Under the pieces are notes generated by a model. The model was not told where the DNA came from. It saw nothing but the letters and a program-made list of their open reading frames with translations, and did not search any database. Made by a program: the position numbers and the translations under genes. Positions 37,221 through 45,108 of a DNA stretch of 64,000 nucleotides are shown piece after piece (within the stretch, counting starts at the first letter, position 1; every line of letters begins with the position of its first letter). The DNA comes from an uncultured Enterobacteriaceae bacterium (lineage in GTDB: Bacteria; Pseudomonadota; Gammaproteobacteria; Burkholderiales; SG8-39): the NCBI GenBank assembly GCA_964612335.1, contig CAZTDU010000005.1, positions 20,729 through 84,728 of the forward strand, written 5' to 3'.

Positions 37221-38086
37221 GGCCGCGGCGCCCCGGCACCGAATCGGGCCACGCTGTCGGCCACGCTGGCCGGGCGAAAGCCGAGCGCGCGCGCGCGCGC
37301 GAAGTCGATCAGGAACGACCGGCCGCCCGACTCGCGCCATTCGACCCGCAGCGGCCTGGCGGCGGCGGCGGCGAGCCGCGCCAGCACGTCCGCGACCGGC
37401 AGCGGATCGTCGGCACCCAGCGTCAGCGCGGCGTGGCCGGCCGGCATGCGCCCCGCGAGGTGCACGGCGAAGGACGCGAGGTCCTCGACATGCACGACGT
37501 TGTTGAACAATGCATGGGGATTGCGCGCCACGACGCTTTGCCCGGCTAGGATCGCGGCGAGCGCGTCGCTGAGGAAGTTGTCGTGGCTGCCGGCGCCGAC
37601 GATGCCCGGCAGCCGCAGCGAGATCGCGCCGACGGGGCGCTGCGCCGCCCACGCGGCCACCTGCCGCTCGCCTTCGGCCTTCGAGCGACCATAGGCGTCC
37701 GTGGCGTTCAGCGGCGAGCGCTCGTCGACGACAGGGGCGTCGATCGGCCCATAGACCGCCATGGAAGACATGTACAGCACGCGCGTTGCGCCGGCCGCGG
37801 CGGCCTGCTGGAGCAGGCTGGCGGTCGCCGCAACGTTCCCCGCATACAGCGCGTCCGGGTCGGGGCAGCGCGCCGGGATCTCCGCCGCGCAGTGCGCCAG
37901 CACGTCGTACGCTTGCGGCAGGCCGCGCGGCTCGCGCAGGTCGGTGCGCACCACGTCCACGCCGGGCGGCAGGGCCGCGGGCGCCGCCGCGCGCAGCACG
38001 CCGGTAACGCGCCAACCGGCGCCGAGGAAAGCGGCCGCGAGGTGTCGCCCGATGAAGCCTCCGACGCCGGTGATCAGCGCGTGCAC
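37217..38086 (-). CDS. NAD-dependent epimerase/dehydratase-family SDR
   Basis: MHALITGVGGFIGRHL, YGRSK, and FNNVVHVEDLA. ATGA overlap with the downstream SGNH gene. Confidence 0.8.
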   Translation of the reverse strand: MHALITGVGGFIGRHLAAAFLGAGWRVTGVLRAAAPAALPPGVDVVRTDLREPRGLPQAYDVLAHCAAEIPARCPDPDALYAGNVAATASLLQQAAAAGATRVLYMSSMAVYGPIDAPVVDERSPLNATDAYGRSKAEGERQVAAWAAQRPVGAISLRLPGIVGAGSHDNFLSDALAAILAGQSVVARNPHALFNNVVHVEDLASFAVHLAGRMPAGHAALTLGADDPLPVADVLARLAAAAARPLRVEWRESGGRSFLIDFARARALGFRPASVADSVARFGAGAPRP

Positions 38087-38104
38087 GGCTCGTCGCGCCT
38101 CGCG

Positions 38105-38551
38105 CTACCAGTCCGGACCGACCAGGTCCTCCGGGATGCGCTCCGGGCACAGCGGCAGGCGGACCGCCGCCGACAGCACGTCCTCCACGGCGGCGGTGTC
38201 CGCCATGCTTCGCAGCACGATGTCCTCGAGCACCAGGTGCAGCGTGGCACCTTGCCCGAAGATCGCCTCGTAGATCGCCGCGCGCCGCGACGCGCGCTGC
38301 GGCAGCATGTACATGCTGCACATCAGCACGCCCTCGAACTCCGACAGGTCGCGCACGATCCCCTCCAGCACGAGGTAGGAGTGCGGGAACATGTTCTCGT
38401 TCAGGTGCAGCTTGTACACGTAGCCCTTGCGCACGCAGTAGTCGCGCAGCACCAGCGACTGCACCGGCACCGGGATGCGCGCGCCGCCGAACTCGCGCGA
38501 CGTGACGTAGCCGCGATAGCCGTGGCGCACCGGCGTTGCCGCCGCGCTCAC
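38105..38551 (-). CDS. Small soluble protein resembling the 'sporadic carbohydrate cluster' LIC12192-type family
   Basis: GTG start. GYRGYVTSREFGGARIPVPVQSLVLRDYCVRKGYVYKL matches my recollection of that family. It is translationally coupled (GTGA) to the adjacent 2OG oxygenase, as described for the family pair. Confidence 0.5.
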   Translation of the reverse strand: MSAAATPVRHGYRGYVTSREFGGARIPVPVQSLVLRDYCVRKGYVYKLHLNENMFPHSYLVLEGIVRDLSEFEGVLMCSMYMLPQRASRRAAIYEAIFGQGATLHLVLEDIVLRSMADTAAVEDVLSAAVRLPLCPERIPEDLVGPDW

Positions 38552-39363
38552 TCCTCGAACCCCCCGGGCTGCTCGTAGCGCATGCCGACGCGGCTGGCCG
38601 CGCGCGTGGTGATCGGCAGGTAGAACGAGCCGAGCTTCTTCTCGTAGCTGGTGTAGGGCGTAAAGAGGCCCGTGAACCGGCAGTTGAGCGACCAGCGCGT
38701 GGTCGGCGTGTCGTTGACGACGTTACCGTGCAGGCAGCTCGAATCGAAGATCAGCACCTTGCCGTAGGGGATGTCGAGCCAGACGAGGTCGCGCTCGACG
38801 TGCGCATAAAGCGCGCGCATGTCGCCGAGCTTCTTCAGGTCCTTCGCCACCTCCTTCGTCTTCGCCTGGGGAAGGATGAACATCGACTTCCTGCCGGACA
38901 CGTCCACCAGCGGCAGCCACTGCACGACCTGGAACGGCGTCTCGCCGCCGTAGACGTCGGAATGGATGTCGAGCAGCGAGCTGTTGTCGTTGGACATCTG
39001 GATCGACAGGTTGACCCGGTTCTGCATCGCGAGCTCGTTGCCGACCAGCGCGGCGAGCAGGCTGCGGCCGAGAGCGTGGTACGTCGGCCGCAGCCAGGGG
39101 AAATCGTTCATCGAGCGGAACACGAACAGGCGCAACTCGTTCAACTTCTCGGGCGTCACGCGTTCGTGGATCGTGTCAAGGAACGCGCCGTGGTCGGCGG
39201 GCTCGGCGCACTGCAGGTGGCGGCAGGCGAGGCCGACCAGGGCGGCGCGAAGCTCGTCGAGCGCTGCGCGGTCGTCCACGTCGCGTATGACGTAGCCGTC
39301 GCGCATGAAGTCGCGGCTGAGCGCCGCTTCCTCCGGGGTGAAGAAACTCTCGACTACCGCCAT
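38548..39363 (-). CDS. Fe(II)/2-oxoglutarate oxygenase (PhyH-like; 'sporadic carbohydrate cluster' type)
   Basis: Starts at MAVVESFF. HxD in LDIHSDVYGG, a distal His in SSCLHGNV, and an Arg-x-Ser in TRWSLNCRF. Confidence 0.6.
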   Translation of the reverse strand: MAVVESFFTPEEAALSRDFMRDGYVIRDVDDRAALDELRAALVGLACRHLQCAEPADHGAFLDTIHERVTPEKLNELRLFVFRSMNDFPWLRPTYHALGRSLLAALVGNELAMQNRVNLSIQMSNDNSSLLDIHSDVYGGETPFQVVQWLPLVDVSGRKSMFILPQAKTKEVAKDLKKLGDMRALYAHVERDLVWLDIPYGKVLIFDSSCLHGNVVNDTPTTRWSLNCRFTGLFTPYTSYEKKLGSFYLPITTRAASRVGMRYEQPGGFEE

Positions 39364-39385
39364 CTCCCTGCTCCTCTCGCGTCGA

Positions 39386-39880
39386 TCATGCCGGCAACAG
39401 CATGCGTTGATAGTAGTGCAGCCACAGCGCGAACGCATCGTACGGCACCAGGCGCATCCGGTGCAGCGCGTCGTGGCCATCGACCAGGCGCAGGCCGGCG
39501 CCCTCGCCCAGGCGCATCGCGCCCACGCTTGCCGGCTCGATGCGCACCTCGAAGTACTCCCGGCACACCGAGCCGATGCCGACCGGGTCTACGCCGAAGC
39601 TGACATGGCCGAAGCGCACCGCGGCGGCCGCGCCGAGCTCGAGCGCCAGTTCCTCGCGCAGTTCGCGGCGCAGGGCATCGATGGCGCTTTCGCCGGGTTC
39701 GAGCGCGCCGCCGAAAAAGCCCCAGTGGTCCGGGTAGAAGATCGTCGGGATGGCATCGCGCTGCTGCATCAGGTAGCGCCCATCCCCGGTGTGCAGTATC
39801 GCCACCGCCGCGTCACCCGGCTTCAGCGGGCGCGCCGGCGCGAGGTCGAAGGCCGCCACGGGCAACGCGTCAGCCTGCAT
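39386..39880 (-). CDS. NUDIX hydrolase
   Basis: Nudix box [24 protein letters not shown]. 164 aa, overlapping the wzt stop by 11 nt. Confidence 0.8.
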   Translation of the reverse strand: MQADALPVAAFDLAPARPLKPGDAAVAILHTGDGRYLMQQRDAIPTIFYPDHWGFFGGALEPGESAIDALRRELREELALELGAAAAVRFGHVSFGVDPVGIGSVCREYFEVRIEPASVGAMRLGEGAGLRLVDGHDALHRMRLVPYDAFALWLHYYQRMLLPA

Positions 39881-40664
39881 GGGTCCTCCGCTCGTAGGCG
39901 TGGAGCACCGCGTCCACGTCGCCGAACTCCGCCATGCGGCCGTGCTCGAGCAGCAACGCCTTGTTGCACCACTGGCGCACCAAGCCGGGGCTGTGCGTGG
40001 CGAGCACCAGGACGCTCGCGCGCTCGATGAAGCGCTTCAGGCGCTCCTGCGCGCGGTCGAAGAACGCGGCGTCGCCCGCGCCGATGAACTCGTCCATCAC
40101 CAGGATCTCGGAACTCAGCGCGGTCGTGATGGCGAACATCAGCCGCACCAGCATGCCGGTGCTGTAGGTTCGCACCGGCATGCGGATGTAGTCGCCGAGC
40201 TCGCAGAACGCCTCGATCTCGTCCATGTGCTCGGCGATCTCGCGCTCGTCCAGCCCGAGCAGCGCGCCGCGCAGGCGAACCAGCTCGTAACCGGTCGCAT
40301 CCGGCGCCATGCCTTCCATGATGTTGAACAGCGGCATGATCCGGCCCGCCGTGGCGATCTCGCCCTCGGTCGGCTCGTAGATCCCCGCGATGACCCTGAG
40401 CAGAGTGGTCTTCCCCGCGCCGTTGTGCCCGACCAGGCCGATGCGGTCGCCGTCCTGCAGCGAGAAGCCGATCCTGTCGAGCGCGCGGACCACGACGACG
40501 CTGCCGGCGTCCTCGTGGAACGTGCCGCCGACGTTGGCGGCGTTCCTGCGCCCCACCAGCCCCGAGACCTTGTTCAGCACCAGACGGTGGCGCAGCGAGC
40601 GCGCGTTGACGCCGTAGATGGGGAAATCCACTGTCACGTCCTTCAGGTGCACGCGCGTCGTCAT
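39870..40664 (-). CDS. wzt: Polysaccharide ABC exporter ATP-binding protein (Wzt/KpsT/TagH type), short form
   Basis: Walker [11 protein letters not shown], signature YSTGMLVRL, and Walker B ILVMDEF. At only 264 aa there is no C-terminal carbohydrate-binding extension. Confidence 0.85.
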   Translation of the reverse strand: MTTRVHLKDVTVDFPIYGVNARSLRHRLVLNKVSGLVGRRNAANVGGTFHEDAGSVVVVRALDRIGFSLQDGDRIGLVGHNGAGKTTLLRVIAGIYEPTEGEIATAGRIMPLFNIMEGMAPDATGYELVRLRGALLGLDEREIAEHMDEIEAFCELGDYIRMPVRTYSTGMLVRLMFAITTALSSEILVMDEFIGAGDAAFFDRAQERLKRFIERASVLVLATHSPGLVRQWCNKALLLEHGRMAEFGDVDAVLHAYERRTHAG

Positions 40665-40673
40665 CGTTTCGCG

Positions 40674-41483
40674 CTACAGCCAGTAGGCGATTCTGGCCCT
40701 GGCGCGGGCAAAGAGCGCGAACGCCATCGCCCAGCCCGCCACCGCGAGCGCGGACGCGATCGCCCACGCCTGGGCGGATGGCACTTCGTTCATGAAGGGG
40801 GCGCGCGCAACCTCCATGACGTAGGCGAGCGGATTCAGCTCGATGATCCTGCGCGCGGTGCCGTCGCCGAGCTGGCTGGGGTGGTAGAACACCGGCGTCA
40901 GCCACATCAGCACGTTGAACGCGTTCTGCACCAGCAGCGGGATGTCGCGGAAGCGCGCCGACACCACCCCTGCGGCGAGCGCCATCCAGGCCACGTTGGC
41001 GACGAGCAGCGCGAGCCCGGCCGGGATCAGCAGGTAGGTCGCGCTCGGCACCATGCCGAACGCGAACGCGGCGATGAAGAAGATGACGACGGTATGCAGG
41101 TAGATCAGCGCGTTGCGCCAGAGGAGCAGCATCATGTACGTCCAGTACGGCCGCTTGATCTGCAGGATCGTCGGGCCCTGCTGGATGAAGCAGTTCGCGC
41201 CCTCGTTGACGCTGGTGGAGATGAAGGTCCACGTCACCAGGCTGATGCAGATGAAAGGCAGGTAGCGCCCGACGTCGATGCGGAACAGGAAGGCAAGCAG
41301 GAATCCCGTGACGGCGGCCTGCACGCCCATGCTGATCGTGACCCAGAACGGCCCGAGTACGGACCGGCGATAGCGCTGGCGGACTTCGGACAGCCCGAGC
41401 ACGTACCAGAGCCACCAGTTGCGCAGGCCGGCGACGAGGTCCGCCGCGGCGAGCCGGGCCTGCCGGCGCGCATCGAAGCTCAT
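40674..41483 (-). CDS. wzm: ABC-2 type polysaccharide exporter permease (Wzm/KpsM type)
   Basis: Starts at MSFDARRQ. EVRQRYRRSVLGPFWVTI is typical of ABC-2 permeases. About six TM helices. Confidence 0.8.
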   Translation of the reverse strand: MSFDARRQARLAAADLVAGLRNWWLWYVLGLSEVRQRYRRSVLGPFWVTISMGVQAAVTGFLLAFLFRIDVGRYLPFICISLVTWTFISTSVNEGANCFIQQGPTILQIKRPYWTYMMLLLWRNALIYLHTVVIFFIAAFAFGMVPSATYLLIPAGLALLVANVAWMALAAGVVSARFRDIPLLVQNAFNVLMWLTPVFYHPSQLGDGTARRIIELNPLAYVMEVARAPFMNEVPSAQAWAIASALAVAGWAMAFALFARARARIAYWL

Positions 41484-42637
41484 CGGGGCGCCTCCAGCAC
41501 GTCGTGCATGCCGGCGAACTCGCGCCTGATCGCGAGCAGGTCGTCCGCCTCCCAAACCCAGCGCTGCCACGGCCGCGCGAACGGCAGCTGCCCGCCTACC
41601 TCGAAGCCCTCGCGGCCGAGCACTTCCTCGGTCGTGAGCGCCGCGGTGTTCACCGGGCAGAAGAGCAGGTAGCGGCAGTGCTCGTTGTACCAGCACAGTT
41701 CCATCGGGCCGTGCACGACCGCCAGGTTCAGGTACGCGCGCTCGTATAGCGCCATGCGCAGGTGCACGTTCCACGCGGCGGCATCGAGCACGAGATGCCG
41801 TCGAAGGCCTTCGGGCAGCGGGTCGAGCGACTTCTCCGTATCCGGAACGAAGATCGCGGCGTAGCGCCGGGCATCGAGGCCGTCGGCAAATGCGACCCAC
41901 GCGTCGACGTTGCTGTTGCGCGCAGGCGTGTACGCATATTCGCGCAGCGTGATGACCACCGGTTCGCGGCCGGCAGCATGCGCGGCCAGGTACCTGTCTG
42001 CCTGGCCCAGCGCGGCGGCCGGCGCCTGCAGCAGCGGGAATACCGGCTCGCCGGCGCGCGCGGCGTCGCGCACCGCACGCGCGACCGGGGCCACCGGCAA
42101 GCCCGGGCGCCAGGCTCCGGGGTAGACGTGTCGCGTGCGGTCGCGGAACAGCGCCTCTGCCTCGGTGCGCGAGCCGCAGAGGGTGTAGCCGGAGCAGGCC
42201 GGAAGCAGTCCGGTCACCGGCACGACGAGGTTGTGCAGGCGCGAGCGCCGCGCGTCCGCGTCGACCGCGGCGTCATAGGCGGGCAGCTCGAGGCGCAGGC
42301 CGTCCACCTGTCCGGGCACGAACACGACGTGCACGCTGGCAAGCCCCAGCCGCCGGCGCTCGAGCTCCGCGCCGGCCATGTACGTGGCGATGTCGTAGGC
42401 CAGCGGACACAGGTGCAGGTCGAAGAAGAAGTACAGGGTACGTTCGTCCGCACCCGCGGGTGCGGACGCGAGGCTGCCGCGCAGGCCGCGCAGCAGCTTC
42501 GAGCGCGGCGCGACCAGCTCGTCCCGGATCCGCCGCACCAGCCAGCCGGCGCCGCGCTGCCGATACCAGTCCAGCGCCTGTCGCAGTCGACTGGTCAGGG
42601 CCGGCCTCGGCGCCTGCGTGGCCAGCGCGCCGCGCAT
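41480..42637 (-). CDS. Hypothetical protein (385 aa), translationally coupled to wzm
   Basis: A long ORF with ATGA overlaps at both ends. I see no recognisable motif. It is soluble and has a regular (non-Arg/Pro-biased) composition in its central part (LYFFFDLHLCPLAYDIATYM..). Confidence 0.5.
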   Translation of the reverse strand: MRGALATQAPRPALTSRLRQALDWYRQRGAGWLVRRIRDELVAPRSKLLRGLRGSLASAPAGADERTLYFFFDLHLCPLAYDIATYMAGAELERRRLGLASVHVVFVPGQVDGLRLELPAYDAAVDADARRSRLHNLVVPVTGLLPACSGYTLCGSRTEAEALFRDRTRHVYPGAWRPGLPVAPVARAVRDAARAGEPVFPLLQAPAAALGQADRYLAAHAAGREPVVITLREYAYTPARNSNVDAWVAFADGLDARRYAAIFVPDTEKSLDPLPEGLRRHLVLDAAAWNVHLRMALYERAYLNLAVVHGPMELCWYNEHCRYLLFCPVNTAALTTEEVLGREGFEVGGQLPFARPWQRWVWEADDLLAIRREFAGMHDVLEAPR

Positions 42638-43551
42638 CAGGACGCGGCGGCCAGGATCCGTTCGACCGACAGTCCGTGCGACGCGAGCAGGTCGTCGTGG
42701 CTGCCGTAGTTGTGGATGAACTCGTCCTGCAGCGTGAACGTCTTCAGGTCACAAGTTGCGCGGGAGTCCCATGCAATCTGCTTGGCCTGCGGCGCGAGGC
42801 CGCCCTGCGGCACGTGTTCCTCTATGACGATCACCTGCTTGTGCGTGCGCAGGGCCTGTTCGATTCCCGCGCGGTCCAGTGGCTTCACGGTGTGGCAGGA
42901 GACCAGCGACACCGACTTGCCCGCCGCCTGCAGCCTGTCGGCGACCTGCGCCGCCATCTTCATGATCACGCCATAGGACAGGATGCAGACGTCCGAACCA
43001 CGCCGGAGGTACCGCAGCTTGCCGAACACGAAGGGCTCGACGGCGTTCTCGGTGAGCCGGGGTTCCCCGGCCTTGCCGATCCTCAGGTAGACCGGCCCCT
43101 TGTCCTGGGTTGCGCAATGGCGCGTGGCGTCGATCGTCTCGAGCGGGTCGCAGGGCGCGAGGATCTGCATGTTGGGGATCGCGCCGGCGATGGCGATGTC
43201 TTCCATCGTGTGGTGCGTGCCGCCGAGCGTGGAATAGATGACGCCTGCGCCCATGCCGACCACGGTGACCGGAAGGTTCTGGTAGCCGAGGTCGTCCCGC
43301 ACCATCTCGAACGGCCGGTAGAGGGAGAACGTGGCGATCGTGTACGCGAATGGACGGCAGCCCTTGAGCGCCAGCCCCGCCGCCATGCCGATCATCACCT
43401 GCTCGGCCACGCCGACGTTGATGAAGCGCTCGGGATACTCCGCCTGGAACTTCGCCATCGAGCCCGCGGGCGAGATGTCGGCGACGACGATGTAGATGCG
43501 CGGATCGGCCTTCGCGCATTCGTACAGGGTCTCGGAGAACGTATTCCTCAT
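42637..43551 (-). CDS. Transketolase, C-terminal (pyrimidine-binding) subunit of split enzyme
   Basis: Starts at MRNTFSETL. FINVGVAEQVMIGMAAGLAL, GGTHHTMEDIAI, and NMQILAPCD. Confidence 0.85.
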   Translation of the reverse strand: MRNTFSETLYECAKADPRIYIVVADISPAGSMAKFQAEYPERFINVGVAEQVMIGMAAGLALKGCRPFAYTIATFSLYRPFEMVRDDLGYQNLPVTVVGMGAGVIYSTLGGTHHTMEDIAIAGAIPNMQILAPCDPLETIDATRHCATQDKGPVYLRIGKAGEPRLTENAVEPFVFGKLRYLRRGSDVCILSYGVIMKMAAQVADRLQAAGKSVSLVSCHTVKPLDRAGIEQALRTHKQVIVIEEHVPQGGLAPQAKQIAWDSRATCDLKTFTLQDEFIHNYGSHDDLLASHGLSVERILAAAS

Positions 43552-44372
43552 GCCAGTGCCTTGCCGAGCTCGTCCAGCGCCTGCCTGTACTCGTCCGGGC
43601 TCGGCGAGCGGTAGTGCCAGATCGGCACGTTCTCCATGTAGCTCACCCCCCTGCCCTTGGTGGTCTTCGCCACCACCATCATCGGGCGATCGCCCTTGCG
43701 CGACGCGACCGCATCGACGATGGCCGCGCTGTCGTGCCCGTCCACCTGCACCGACTCCCAGCCGAAGGCGGTGTACTTCTCCACCACCGGGTAGAAGCTC
43801 GGGTGCGTGACGCTGGTACGGCCCAGACTCTGGAAATCGTTGTTGTCGACGAAGGCAACGAGGTTGGACACGCCAAGCGACGATGCCATCATCGTCGCCT
43901 CCCAGGTCGAGCCCTCCTGCACTTCGCCGTCGGACAGCACGCAGTAGACGATGCCGCCGGTGCCGCGCGTCTTCTCCGCGTAGGCCATGCCGACGGCCAT
44001 CGACAGGCCGTGGCCGAGTGCGCCGGTGGACGCGGCGATGCCGGGATTGCCGTAGTCCGGATGGCAGCCCAGGCGGCCGTCGCTCTTGCAGTAGCGGTCC
44101 ATGTCGTGGCGGCTGAGCACGCCGAGCTCCTCGAGGATCACGTACTGGATCATGCAGCCGTGCCCCTTCGACATCAGGAAGGTATCCGGCGAGGCCCCGT
44201 CGGCACCGCGGCGCATCAGTTCGAAATACACCGCGTCGACGATCTCGGTGCACGAGTACGCCGAGCCGATGTGCAGCGCCTGCACCTGCTGCGAGATCTC
44301 CAGGATCCGCCGGCGGAACCGGTTGCAGCGCTCCCGGGCCGCCCGCGCGTCGATCTTCTTGCCTGCTTTCAA
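43548..44372 (-). CDS. Transketolase, N-terminal (ThDP diphosphate-binding) subunit of split enzyme
   Basis: HIGSAYSCTEIV, MSKGHG, GALGHGLSMAVGMA, and LSDGEVQEGSTWEA..VDNN (ThDP motif). Confidence 0.85.
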   Translation of the reverse strand: MKAGKKIDARAARERCNRFRRRILEISQQVQALHIGSAYSCTEIVDAVYFELMRRGADGASPDTFLMSKGHGCMIQYVILEELGVLSRHDMDRYCKSDGRLGCHPDYGNPGIAASTGALGHGLSMAVGMAYAEKTRGTGGIVYCVLSDGEVQEGSTWEATMMASSLGVSNLVAFVDNNDFQSLGRTSVTHPSFYPVVEKYTAFGWESVQVDGHDSAAIVDAVASRKGDRPMMVVAKTTKGRGVSYMENVPIWHYRSPSPDEYRQALDELGKALA

Positions 44373-44384
44373 GTCCCGCCTCGC

Positions 44385-45047
44385 TTATCCGGTGATGAAC
44401 GTCCAGTAATAGTCGCCGGTGTAGCCGGCTTCCGCGAATATTTTCTTCCAGCCGTCGGGGTAGTCGTGCGTATACGCCGTGAGCACCCAGTCCTCGAAAA
44501 GCTCTTTCTCCTCGGGCGTGCGGTAGCTGTCCACCTGGATGTAGGCCTTGCCGCCGCGCGCGACGCGCTCGATCTCGCGGATCGCGCCGACGCATTCGGC
44601 ACGCTCGAGGTTGTGCGCGGTGTTGATGCACACGACCGCGTCGAAGCTCTTGTCGGGGAAGGGCAGCTTCTTCATGTTGCCCAGGTGCAACCGGCCGACG
44701 ACCTCGGGTTCGCAATGCATCATCGCGTACTCGGAGATGTCGAGCCCGAACGCTTCGAGCCCCGGGCAGGCCTTCATGAAGTCCTTGACGAGGAAACCCT
44801 TTGCACAGCCGACGTCGAGCACCCGCATGCCGGGCTTCAGGCCCCAGTGCGCGACCATGTCCTCGGCGATCGCCACCCAGCGGCCATCGTAGCGATAGCC
44901 GCCGTAGCCGTATTCGCGCGCGCCGTCGAAATACTCCTGGCCGTACTGGCGCGAGATGCGGATGTGCTCGTCGGACTTGGCGCTCGCGCGCTTCTGGATG
45001 CTGCGCTTCGACGCCGGGTAGCGCCGCAGCAGGTTCACTTCTGCCAT
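44385..45047 (-). CDS. Class I SAM-dependent methyltransferase
   Basis: Starts at MAEVNLLRR. Motif I is VLDVGCAKGFLV, followed by FDAVVCINTAHNL and ARGGKAYIQV. Confidence 0.8.
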   Translation of the reverse strand: MAEVNLLRRYPASKRSIQKRASAKSDEHIRISRQYGQEYFDGAREYGYGGYRYDGRWVAIAEDMVAHWGLKPGMRVLDVGCAKGFLVKDFMKACPGLEAFGLDISEYAMMHCEPEVVGRLHLGNMKKLPFPDKSFDAVVCINTAHNLERAECVGAIREIERVARGGKAYIQVDSYRTPEEKELFEDWVLTAYTHDYPDGWKKIFAEAGYTGDYYWTFITG

Positions 45048-45108
45048 GTCGGTTCCGTCAGGGGCTGTAGCGGACTCAGAAACAGCCGCGATTATAGCTT
45101 CAGTAGGC

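Noticed and set aside
45063-45087. Hairpin GGCTGT-N13-ACAGCC, considered as an intrinsic terminator between SGNH gene 45109.. and methyltransferase 45047
   Set aside because: The stem is only 6 bp with a large loop and no U-tract on the transcribed strand. It is not convincing as a terminator.
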